NCBI GenBank assembly: GCA_964019335.1
Contig: OZ025707.1
Coordinates: forward strand, 186,001-250,000
Origin: Diplonema japonicum
Taxonomy: Eukaryota > Protista > Euglenozoa: Diplonemea
Direction: 5' to 3'
DNA: 64,000 bases
Positions 1 through 9,134 of the stretch are shown here, piece after piece. The notes beneath the pieces are model-generated. The model did no database searches, was not told the DNA's origin, and saw only the letters and a list, made by a program, of their open reading frames with translations. Numbering within the stretch: position 1 is the stretch's first letter; the number at the start of each line of letters is the position of its first letter. Both the position numbers and the translations under genes were made by a program.

Positions 1-420
1 AAGAGCTGCCCGTCGAAGTACACTTCGCATTCGATGAGGAGGAGTGCCGCTACAGCTGCTTGTGAAGGGGGCGCCGACATAGCCACGCTGATGAAATTTT
101 TTAGCTGGAACTCGGTTTCAGTAGCCCAGGGCTACATCGATAAAAGCAAAAAGCTGATTAGTACTGTGTCGCAGCAGCTGAACATTCCTTGCCTGCCCTC
201 ACAACAGCAGCCTGGAAATCCTGCCTTGGTTCCCAACACACAACAGCCTGGACTGCCACAGCCCGCCCCCAACAGTGTCCAACCGGGTCAAACTATCTAT
301 TTCTCAAATATTAGCGACTACGTCACAATCAATATCAACAATAACCAAATGCCTGTCCCCCCCCAAAAAAAAGCTGACCCGTGTGAGGAAAGCAGCGGTG
401 AAAGCAGTGAGAGTGAGTGA
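1..420 (+). CDS. Tyrosine recombinase (phage-integrase family) C-terminal part, 5'-truncated by the window edge
   Basis: Frame 1 from base 1 reads KSCPSKYTSHSMRRSAATAACEGGADIATLMKFFSWNSVSVAQGYIDK: HxxR box, W at the His/Trp position and the catalytic Tyr (GYI), then a Q/P/N-rich tail. Confidence 0.8.
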   Translation, partial: KSCPSKYTSHSMRRSAATAACEGGADIATLMKFFSWNSVSVAQGYIDKSKKLISTVSQQLNIPCLPSQQQPGNPALVPNTQQPGLPQPAPNSVQPGQTIYFSNISDYVTININNNQMPVPPQKKADPCEESSGESSESE

Positions 421-464
421 GTGAGAGTGACTCAAATGACGAAGAGTGAAATAAAACGACTTAC

Positions 465-585
465 TTGCCGCCAAATGAGCCATAATTTAACTCTCGTTAC
501 CGTTTTTTTGCACTCGGGCCCGGCGGGCCCTCGTGCAAAAAATTCGGGACCTCGAGTTAAATTATGACTCATTATTTGTTGGCAA
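465..585. repeat. Long imperfect inverted repeat / hairpin
   Basis: TTGCCGCCAA-ATGAGCCATAATTTAACTC...TTTTTTGCAC..GGGCCC-GGC-GGGCCC..GTGCAAAAAA...GAGTTAAATTATGACTCAT..TTGTTGGCAA; arms are reverse complements with few mismatches. Confidence 0.85.
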
Positions 586-1759
586 TAAATAGTTATTTCT
601 TTTTTTTTTTCTCTTTATTTATACTCGGTTGTTTTGTACACCAGGTACCCTTAACGTCATGAAAGACCCGAAGAGGGCGGGGTTCCTCAAGGACAGTGAA
701 GAGACCACCTTTTTATTAGCAAGCCATTCAAGGCAGCAGGAAGAAAACAAATGAAGTGTATCAAATAGAAGAACAGAAATTGTGATAAATTTCGGTGTGC
801 GGGTGGGTGCTCACCGTTGTAGAAAAGAAAAAAAAAACGAAAAAGAAAGAAGTAGTAAACCCCCACAGGTGCATCTTCAGGAGTTTCAGTCTTGAAGAAG
901 AGAAAAGAAAAGAAAAGAAAAAAAGAAGAAAAGAAAAGGGGAAAAAAAAAAAAGAAGAGAAGTGATTTCCTTTTGATCTTTCTTTTGTTGTTGTGTTTGA
1001 TGTTTTTTTTTTTTTCTGATTAGAGTGGGTCTTTTTGTTTTTTCCCTCGCTCTCATCTTCTCTTGGAAAGAGAAAAATAAATAGAAAAGGGAGGGCCTCC
1101 GATGTTCAAAACCTAAATAGATTTTTTTTTTTTTTTTAACCAGGGGCAGAAGTTCGCCAAGAGTGTACAGTCCTGTTTCTCGCGGAAACAGAGAACCTAC
1201 CCCCCACCCCCACAGCAGCCGACCAATCAGACACAGCAGTGTGAAAAAAAAAAAAAAAAAAAAAATGCCCTTATTTAGAACAAAAGGAGAAAGGGAATAA
1301 AAAAAAAAGCAATTGTTTATCTTTCTTCTACTGCCTCCTTCTTTTGGGTACCAAAAAAGCTTTTCAGAAGGTCCAATACCGGCCAGGGGTGAGAGTGAGA
1401 GGACAACATGGAAGTCCGGTTCCCCGTGGTTTCATCCCCCATCCTCATTCTCGCTTTCCTCCCACCTCTTCATAGTTTACTGTTTCACGAGCGCTCCTTT
1501 TGTCGTTGTTGGACTTCAGGGTGAGCTGCTTATATTCCTTTCCTCCCGAGTTTCAGCCTTGTGAGCTGACCATCAATATTCAATAGATTTTTTTTTTTTA
1601 AACCGGGGGCGGAGGCTCACATTCAGTTTACTTTTTTCATTTTTATTTTTATTAGGTTTGTCCTCCACTTTGAGTTTTTATTTTTTATTATTTTTTTTTT
1701 CTTATTTTATTTTTTATTTCTATTCTTACTTTCATTTTTCATTTAATTTTACGTTTCAT

Positions 1760-2003
1760 CCCGCTACCAGTCGTGGTCGCCAACAGCTCGCTCACACCCT
1801 TCTCCAGGATCTCCCTCCAGCATCTTGTCCGCGCAGCTGTCCGCGGCGGCGTCGTAGGCAGCGGCCTTTGCTTCCAACTTCGGTCGCATTTCGGCTTCCG
1901 GTGTGGCTTGTGCCACTCGCTGTAGTCAGTCTCGGGGTACTCGGGATAGAGGCCAGTCCCCACGTCTCACACCCTTCTCGTAGGCAGCGGCCTTTGCTTC
2001 CAA
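1760..2003 (-). mobile_element. Rearranged antisense patchwork of the retrotransposon 3' coding region (also ~10892-11135 and ~20023-20266)
   Basis: Reverse complement matches retro pieces ~8068-8102, ~8110-8159 and ~8298-8318 in shuffled order; includes a 26-bp direct repeat at 1852-1877 and 1978-2003. Confidence 0.8.
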
Positions 2004-2010
2004 AAACACA

Positions 2011-2044
<34 letters not shown>

Positions 2045-2081
2045 ACAGTTTCCTTTCTCCTTACTTTACTTTTAACTTAAC

Positions 2082-3266
2082 ATGATGAGGTGTGGTCTCC
2101 TCCTGGCTGCGGCCTGTGCGGTGAGCGGTCTGTCCCTGTCGCCCGCGACGGACAAGGTTGTGAAGGATGAGTTCATCTTGTTGCTGCACTCGAACATCAC
2201 GGTGGCGGACCACGATGCGCTGAACGAGAGGGTGAAGGGGAGGAAGTTCTCTATCGGGAAGGGGTTTCGGGCGGTCCACGCGACTTTGAACGAGGAGTCC
2301 CTTGAGTGGGTGCTTGCTCAGGAGCACCTTGTGAAGAAGGTGGAGCACAACCAGGTGGTGCGCCTCGTGCAGGAGACCTGCAACGCGCAGCAGAGGGACG
2401 CGTCGTGGGGTCAGGCGAGGACCACGAACGCTGGGCCGCAGAACGTTGTGAACACCTTCGCGCACAACCCTGACTGGGGCAAGGACATCGACATCTACAT
2501 TGTTGACACCGGTATCAGGTGCACCCACGTTGACTTCAAGGACACCGAGGGGGAGAGCAGGTGCTTGTGGGGGGCGAACACCGCTGGCGGCAGCAACACC
2601 GATGTGAACGGACACGGGACCCACTGCGCCTCGACATCGGGCGGGATCCGCTACGGTATCGCAAAGGCCTCGACGCTGATCGCCGTGAAGGTGCTCGGGG
2701 ACAACGGTTCCGGGACAACGGCTGGTGTGATCGCCGGTGTGCAGTTCGTGGCGGACAACGCCGCCACAAGGAAGAAGAAGTCTGTTGCGAACATGTCGCT
2801 GGGAGGTGGCTTCAGCACGGCGTCGAACAACGCTGTCGACGCTGCTGTTGGCACCGGTGTTTCCTTCGCTGTGGCAGCCGGGAACGACAACGCTGACGCG
2901 AGGAACTACAGCCCCGCCAGTGCCAAGGACTGCGTCACCGTCGGCTCCACCGAGCTCGCCAACTCGGGCGGCACCCAGGTGGACGCACGCTCCAGCTTCT
3001 CCAACTACGGCAGCACCCTCGACATCTTCGCACCCGGCTCCAACATTGTGGCCGCGTACTCCACCTCCGACACCGCCTACGCCACCCTCTCCGGTACCTC
3101 CATGGCCTCCCCTCACGTTGCTGGTGCCATGGCTCTCTACGCCCAGACAAACAGCCCCGCTGAGGTCAAGAAGCTCCTCAACGACAACGCCGAGACTGGT
3201 ATCCTTCAGATCGGGACTGGGTCCCCGAACAAGATGCTTCACGTTCCTTGCATTAGCACCCGTTAA
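2082..3266 (+). CDS. Secreted subtilisin-like serine protease (S8A, proteinase K type) with I9 propeptide, copy 1
   Basis: Signal peptide; catalytic motifs IVDTG, GHGTHCA, GTSMASPHVAG; oxyanion AAGN; NMSLGG. Confidence 0.96.
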   Translation: MMRCGLLLAAACAVSGLSLSPATDKVVKDEFILLLHSNITVADHDALNERVKGRKFSIGKGFRAVHATLNEESLEWVLAQEHLVKKVEHNQVVRLVQETCNAQQRDASWGQARTTNAGPQNVVNTFAHNPDWGKDIDIYIVDTGIRCTHVDFKDTEGESRCLWGANTAGGSNTDVNGHGTHCASTSGGIRYGIAKASTLIAVKVLGDNGSGTTAGVIAGVQFVADNAATRKKKSVANMSLGGGFSTASNNAVDAAVGTGVSFAVAAGNDNADARNYSPASAKDCVTVGSTELANSGGTQVDARSSFSNYGSTLDIFAPGSNIVAAYSTSDTAYATLSGTSMASPHVAGAMALYAQTNSPAEVKKLLNDNAETGILQIGTGSPNKMLHVPCISTR

Positions 3267-3485
3267 AAAACCTCGGGTTGGGGATTCGATTCGCTGATTT
3301 ATATTCGATTCCCCCTCTCCCCTCCCCTCCCCTCCCCTGAATGATTAAACCAAATTCGTTTTTGATCTTTTCAATCCCCCTCCCCTCCCCTCCCCCTGAA
3401 TGTGTAAACTAAAAAGAAAACGTGTGGCGTTACCTTACTTGTGTTTTTTTTTTTAGACACTTTTTTTTATTGCTGAAGGAAAGAG

Positions 3486-3527
<42 letters not shown>

Positions 3528-4351
3528 GAACTTGAAGACCAAACAAAAACGTCTCCGGTTTTGTTGAATCTTTGGACGCAACAACAGAAGAGGGCATCCA
3601 AGTGTGTTTGTTCTTGTTGTGGGTGTGTTTGTGTATTTGTCAGTACGAATTTAACCAGACTTCCCAATCCTTCGTTCGAACATCTCTTTCCTATTCCTTC
3701 TTCTCTTTTCCCTCTTTCTTTCTCTGCAGTTTTACACGACTCGTATCTTATTTTTTCGAGTTCACATCCAATTAATCCCCAACACAGTCCCCTCTACCTG
3801 CACAACAACAACAACAACAACAACAACAAAGTATGGATCCGTCAGCTGCTGCGAACAACACCACCCTCACAAAAGAGGAGGGGAGGGTTGCCTTGGTGAG
3901 AGCTGTTTCAAAAGGGGACCTTGAGGAGATGAGGGAACTTGTTCTGGAGCGGGGTGTTGACCCTGGTGCAACGGGCAGCGATGGTTTCACAGCCCTGCAC
4001 TATGCAGCTCGCGAAAACAACTGTGTCGAGGCTGTGGCTGCTCTCGTCTCTTCTTACCACCAGGACCCTGGTGTGAAAAGCAGCGATGGTTGGACACCGG
4101 TTCATCTAGCAGCACAGGAAGGCCAGCTGGAAACAGTTAAATATCTTATTGAAACTTGCGGTAGCGACGTAGGTGTCAAAAACAACGACAGTAGGACACC
4201 GGTTCACGAAGCAGCAGTTAACGGCCATCTTGAGACGGTTAAATATCTTGTTGAAACTCTTGGTCAAGACGCTGGTGTCAAATGCAACTTAGGTTTTACA
4301 CCGCTTCATGATGCAGCATCAAACGGCCACCTGGAGACAGTTAAATATCTT

Positions 4352-4390
4352 AAAAAGTCTCGTTCCCGAAAAAAAAAGAGGAATGGAAAA
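4352..4390 (+). other. 39-bp A-rich in-frame insertion in an ankyrin repeat (also 13483-13521)
   Basis: KYL-KKSRSRKKKRNGK-LVKT interrupts the repeat consensus; ends A-run|CTTGTT like the two retro insertions; CTT is duplicated. Confidence 0.6.
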
Positions 4391-4602
4391 CTTGTTAAAA
4401 CTCGCGGTGGCAACAAAGGTGTGAGAAGCAACGACGGTTGGACACCGGTTCATCTAGCAGCAGAGTACGGCCACCTGGAGACTGTTAAATATCTTGTTAA
4501 AACTCTCGGTCAAGACGCTGGTGCGAAAAGCGAAGACGGTAGGACACCGATACATGAAGCAGCATTAGGAGGCCAGCTGGAGACTGTTAAATATCTTGTT
4601 GA

Positions 4603-7600
4603 CGGCGCAGCGAGGAGAAACAGGACGGAACGCGGATCGACAAGATCCTGCTCAATCAGGTGGCGGCAACAGGCCTGAGATCGTCGAGCACCGTGGAGAC
4701 CAGCTTCCCTCAACACTGTACGGTAACGGCGGAGCTGGGGACGGAGGCGTTCAGTCAGGCGTGCCTCGCATACAGGCTTCCGAAAGCCATCGACGTGGAC
4801 AGCTGGCCGACGTGGTCCAACGAGGAAGAGGACGAACTGGCGGAGGAGTGCGCACGGGGGTGTGAGGCGCCTTCCCCGGGGGTGGCAGGGGAGTGGGCTA
4901 ACGTGACGGCCGCCATGGAGGAATACCTGCTCCGAAGAGACAGCGAAGTGACCCACACGCGAGGGCATCGGGGAAGGGGTGCTCTCCGGGAACCGATTGT
5001 CTCGAAGGTGGCTGTCGAGACCCGGTGCAAAGGGAGCGGGGAAGCGACGCTGCGCCAGGTCCACGTCATGAAGGCGTTGAACAAGACGGGGGCCGTCCTG
5101 AGGATGATGAGGACAGCGGAGACGACGGGGATCGCACTCGCTGCGTTGCGGGAGCCGCGGAACGAGGCAAGTAGGTGTTGGGCCAATGCGAGAAGGCAGA
5201 GGACGCTCGCAGGCCCACACTTGCCGGACGACACACATGGCCAGTAGTACTTCCCTCTCGAGAACACATGGAAGGACTGGTACGTCTTGTGGGCGAGGTG
5301 GGAAGGAACCTCGCGGCCTCGGCAGCATCCGAGAAGATGAGGTCGTGGAGGGGGAGACTGGAGCGTGAGTTCCAGCGGGGAGGAACGCAGCTGGCGAGGA
5401 TGGTAAGGGGGGATGAACCGAGATGCGGCCTTACCATGCTGCGGCGAGACGACGGCTCGACGACAGCGGATGTGTCGGAGATAGACGATGCGTGCATCGA
5501 GGCGTGGGGTCCGGTCATGAGGATGTATGACCGCGACAACCCCGAGCCAGCATGGGCCCCTTTCGCGGAGCGTTTCGGGCGGTACGTGCCCCACCGAGAA
5601 CAAGAGCTGGACGACATCACCGCGGACGAGATTAGCGCGGTGCTGAAGACGAGGACGCGCGGGGCCTGTGGGGTGGACGGATGGCGGCTGAAGGAGCTGA
5701 AGAAGATACCAACACCGTTGCTCCAGAGGCTCGCACATTTCTATAACAGGGTGGAGGAGGAAGGGGCTTGGCCCCCAGCACTCATGACTGCGCTTGTGTC
5801 GCTCATTCCGAAGGGGGAAGGAAAACGACCGCTGCAACAACGTCCCATCACCGTGACGTCGCTGATCTACAGGACATGGGCCACGGTGCGCATGCGGAAG
5901 GTGCTACGATGGCAGGAGGAATGGATTCACCCCACGCAGAGTGGCTTCCGGAAGGGAAAGTCAACGTACAACACGGTGATGCAGATCTCGCTGCAGATCG
6001 AGGAGTCCCTCCTCACAGGGAAGCCGCTTCACGGCCTGGCCCTGGACTACGCCAAGTGCTTTGACAGGGTGCCGAGGGAGGTCACACTGAAGCTCCTGGA
6101 GACGATGGGAATGTCGGAACGAGTGCTGCGGCCTTTGAGAGCTGTCTACGGCGGGCTCCGGCGGAGGTTCAAGTACGCCCTGGGTGTGGGCCGTGCCTTT
6201 GAGACCACGAATGGTGTGCTACAGGGATGCCCCCTCTCCGTGGTGCTCATCAACGCGCTGATCAGTGTGTGGGCGCGAGCGATTGAGGGGGAGCATCCAG
6301 GCGTGCTCACACCTTCGTATGCGGATGACGGCTACCTGGTTTCTCTGGAAGGACATGCGAAGGTACAGGCGGCAGCCGACCTTACCAACGAGTTCTGCGT
6401 GCTCACTGGCATGGCACTGAACGAGGGGAAGACATTCGCCTTCAGCACGGCCAAGAAAGCGAAGAAGGTACGGAACAGCAGGACTGGAGGCCACTTCCCT
6501 GCGACAGAGAGGGTCGCGTGTTTGGGGTGCACGCTGGTGACCACGAATAGCGCGAGACAAGTCGATGAGCGAGTACGGGCGGCGACAAGGAGGGTCGCGA
6601 ACCTGGGAGGTGTCCCGCTTCCGTTCGACGTAAAGACGATGCTCCATGGATCGATCTGCACGAGCTCCGTCCTGTACAGCGCACCCTTCAACAGATGCAG
6701 TGCGGCCGCCAGGGTCGCGTACGTGGACGAGTCGGTGTTGAGCCTGTGGGGGCACGACACGGGGAGATCGAGGAGGTGCAACAAGGCGGTGCTGGTGGTT
6801 GCGGGGTACTCTCACCGCAACTACATGAACGTAGCGGAGCGGTACCGGAGGGTGCAGTTCGCTGCGGTGCAGTGCAGGAGAGATGCTGGTCTGGTGACGA
6901 GGCTGAACGAGGTGAAAGCCCTCTACGACAAGAGAGGCGTGTCACCTTCCGTTGCAGGGAACTATGCTGACGAACGGGGTCCGGTCGGCCTTCTGGTCGC
7001 CGACCTGAAGTCAGTGGGACTGATGTGGGAACACGACCTCCGGGCTCTGAGGACCGAGAACGGAGACGTGGTTGACCCCTTGGCCATGGAGCCACGCGAG
7101 TGGGAACACTATGTGCGCGTCCTGCTGAAGAAGCAGGCGTTTGCGGAGGTGGTGAAACTGAGGCCAGAATATGCCGGCATCGAAGGGGGCGTGGATTTTG
7201 TGGCGACGAACTCGCTCCGCAGGAAGACTGGCTCGTACGCTGTGCAGAGAAGCCTGCTGAAGATCGTGACGGCCGGGGTCGTGACGAACGACTACCTGTC
7301 ACACGCGAGCAGGGGGAACATCGGGGAGGAATGTGAGCTGTGCGAGAGTGGGGAAAGAGAGACCCGGGAACACCTGTGGTGGCACTGTGACGCCTACGCC
7401 GACATCCGTGCCGAATATGGACTCAACGCTGAGACTGCGGCGGGTTGGCCGAGCTGTCTGCGGACCCTGGGGGTGATGCCAAAGGACTTCAACACCGGAG
7501 ATCGCACCCTTCTCGCGGAGAAGGTGCAGGCGATGATGTGCGCGATCAACAGCAAGAGACTTTCCTTTGTGGACAACAAAAGAACCCTCCGCCTGCGGAC

Positions 7601-8765
7601 ACCGCCGTGGGATGCAGTGGCTGGGGTGCCGGGCACCAGGCACGAGTCCCCTTTTAGGGGCAAGTTGCCGGCGGGCGGGCTGTGGGTCTGGGACGCCAGT
7701 CATTTCTTGGCGCTGAACGACTGGCTGTCCATGCTCGAGTGGACGGACGAGGGGCAAATATCAAGTGTCGAGCTTGCCATCGACTACGAGGCGTTCTCGG
7801 GTCTTCGGATCGAGAAGACGGTAGGCTTCCGCCGCCGGACCGTAGGGACGACAGGGCCGCTGACCTTGAAAGAGAGAAGCGGTGAGCTTTACTTCATGCT
7901 GGAACGCATGAGAATGATGAGAGAGAGGTTTGGGAACGAGACCCCGCTGATACCGGCCGAGATGGGTCAAGTGACGTGCCTGGCGCGGGTGGGTGGCCCG
8001 CTGCAGCTCTACGGCTACAGGAGAAGGCCGCGGTTTGTGTCGATGGGCACGACCGCCGTCGTCGAGAAGATCCTGCAGAAGGGTGTGAGCGAGCTGTTGG
8101 CGGGTACGACGTGGGGGACTGGCCTCTACCCCGAGTACCCCGAGACCGACCACAGCGAGCAGCACTGGGCAGACCTTGTTGAGAGGCTGGAGGGGAGAGA
8201 GGACGAGGGAGCGGTGCAGGACCCTGTGTACTGCCCCCCGGGGGTGCTCACCTTTACAGGGACGCACTGGACCGGGAGCACCACGTGCAGGCGACATCGG
8301 AAGCCGAAATGCGACCGATGTGGGAACGCGCCGAAGAAGGCCGCGATTACCCTGGATGCGTGCTGCCGCGCGCACCACCACGAAGCGGATGGGCTGCCCG
8401 TGAGGGTATGCGAGGCCCACTCCATGACAGTTTGCGGGAAGTGTTCGTCGCTTGTGCGATGCTGCAAGAAGCACCATGTGTGCAAAAGGCATGCGGAGAG
8501 GACTTGCTCTATATGCAAGGAAGGGACGGAACTGGTGGACCGGTTACCGTCTGCTTGCTGTGCGAAGGGCCATCATGGCTAGCGGACCGCCAGGCCGCCC
8601 GAGCAGTGACTGCCTGAACAAGGCCGCGTCGCCGACGCAACGTCACCCTACACCCTGCACCCTGCACCCTACGTCCCTTTTCCTACACCCTCCCCTACAC
8701 CAGGAGAGGTGCGGCATCACGCACTCTTTCCGTCTCATACACAAAAAAAAAAAAAAAAAAAAAAA
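4603..8765 (+). mobile_element. 5'-truncated non-LTR retrotransposon (APE remnant-RT-zinc finger-C-terminal Cys/His fingers) with poly(A) tail and 8-bp TSD, copy 1
   Basis: TSD CTTGTTGA at 4595-4602 and 8766-8773; A23 tail 8743-8765; the first codons read TRIDKILLN...PQHCTVTAEL (resembles the end of an APE endonuclease); frameshift near the ACACAC run at ~5231. Confidence 0.93.
5175..8582 (+). CDS. Retrotransposon reverse transcriptase polyprotein (partial)
   Basis: LIPK, RPITV, QSGFRKG, LDYAKCFDRV, GVLQGCPLS, YADD; CELC..ETREHLWWHC zinc finger; three C-terminal Cys/His repeats. Confidence 0.93.
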   Translation: MLGQCEKAEDARRPTLAGRHTWPVVLPSREHMEGLVRLVGEVGRNLAASAASEKMRSWRGRLEREFQRGGTQLARMVRGDEPRCGLTMLRRDDGSTTADVSEIDDACIEAWGPVMRMYDRDNPEPAWAPFAERFGRYVPHREQELDDITADEISAVLKTRTRGACGVDGWRLKELKKIPTPLLQRLAHFYNRVEEEGAWPPALMTALVSLIPKGEGKRPLQQRPITVTSLIYRTWATVRMRKVLRWQEEWIHPTQSGFRKGKSTYNTVMQISLQIEESLLTGKPLHGLALDYAKCFDRVPREVTLKLLETMGMSERVLRPLRAVYGGLRRRFKYALGVGRAFETTNGVLQGCPLSVVLINALISVWARAIEGEHPGVLTPSYADDGYLVSLEGHAKVQAAADLTNEFCVLTGMALNEGKTFAFSTAKKAKKVRNSRTGGHFPATERVACLGCTLVTTNSARQVDERVRAATRRVANLGGVPLPFDVKTMLHGSICTSSVLYSAPFNRCSAAARVAYVDESVLSLWGHDTGRSRRCNKAVLVVAGYSHRNYMNVAERYRRVQFAAVQCRRDAGLVTRLNEVKALYDKRGVSPSVAGNYADERGPVGLLVADLKSVGLMWEHDLRALRTENGDVVDPLAMEPREWEHYVRVLLKKQAFAEVVKLRPEYAGIEGGVDFVATNSLRRKTGSYAVQRSLLKIVTAGVVTNDYLSHASRGNIGEECELCESGERETREHLWWHCDAYADIRAEYGLNAETAAGWPSCLRTLGVMPKDFNTGDRTLLAEKVQAMMCAINSKRLSFVDNKRTLRLRTPPWDAVAGVPGTRHESPFRGKLPAGGLWVWDASHFLALNDWLSMLEWTDEGQISSVELAIDYEAFSGLRIEKTVGFRRRTVGTTGPLTLKERSGELYFMLERMRMMRERFGNETPLIPAEMGQVTCLARVGGPLQLYGYRRRPRFVSMGTTAVVEKILQKGVSELLAGTTWGTGLYPEYPETDHSEQHWADLVERLEGREDEGAVQDPVYCPPGVLTFTGTHWTGSTTCRRHRKPKCDRCGNAPKKAAITLDACCRAHHHEADGLPVRVCEAHSMTVCGKCSSLVRCCKKHHVCKRHAERTCSICKEGTELVDRLPSACCAKGHHG

Positions 8766-9081
8766 CTTGTTGAAACTCTCGGTCAAGACGCAGGTGTCAA
8801 AACCAAAGACGGTTTTACACCGCTTCATGAAGCAGCATTAAAGGGCCAGCTGGAGACAGTTAAATATTTTGTTGAAACTCTCGGTCAAGACGCAGGTGTC
8901 AAAACCAACGAGGGTTGGGCACCGTTTCAACTAGCAGCATCAAGTGGCCAGCTGGAGACAGTAAAATATTTTGTTGAAACTCTCGGTCAAGACACAGGTG
9001 TCAAAAGCAACTACGGTTGCACACCGCTTCATGAAGCAGCATCAAGGGGCCACCTGGAGACAGTAAAATATCTTGTTGAAA

Positions 9082-9134
9082 GCAGGAGAGGTGCGGCATC
9101 ACGCACTCTTTCCGTTTCATGCAAAAAAAGAAAA
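9082..9134 (+). mobile_element. 53-bp extreme 5'-truncated copy of the same retrotransposon 3' end, 10-bp TSD, in frame (also 18213-18265)
   Basis: CAGGAGAGGTGCGGCATCACGCACTCTTTCCGT matches 8701-8733; decayed A tail; TSD CTTGTTGAAA at 9072-9081 and 9135-9144; 63 bp total = 21 codons. Confidence 0.9.

Larger units (their letters stand above)
1..595 (+). mobile_element. 3' end of a tyrosine-recombinase (Crypton-like) element
   Basis: YR ORF followed by a long subterminal palindrome; similarity to the 9.13-kb repeat unit starts abruptly at ~596 in a T-tract (compare 9730 and 18861). Confidence 0.6.

Noticed and set aside
2061-3242. 393-aa minus-strand ORF (and its copies) opposite the subtilisin
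   Set aside because: Antisense shadow of a GC-rich, codon-biased gene; no recognisable motifs.
5175-5247. Programmed ribosomal frameshift between the 4660 and 5175 ORFs
   Set aside because: No slippery heptamer seen; an extra CA in an ACACAC run in a 5'-truncated copy explains it more simply.
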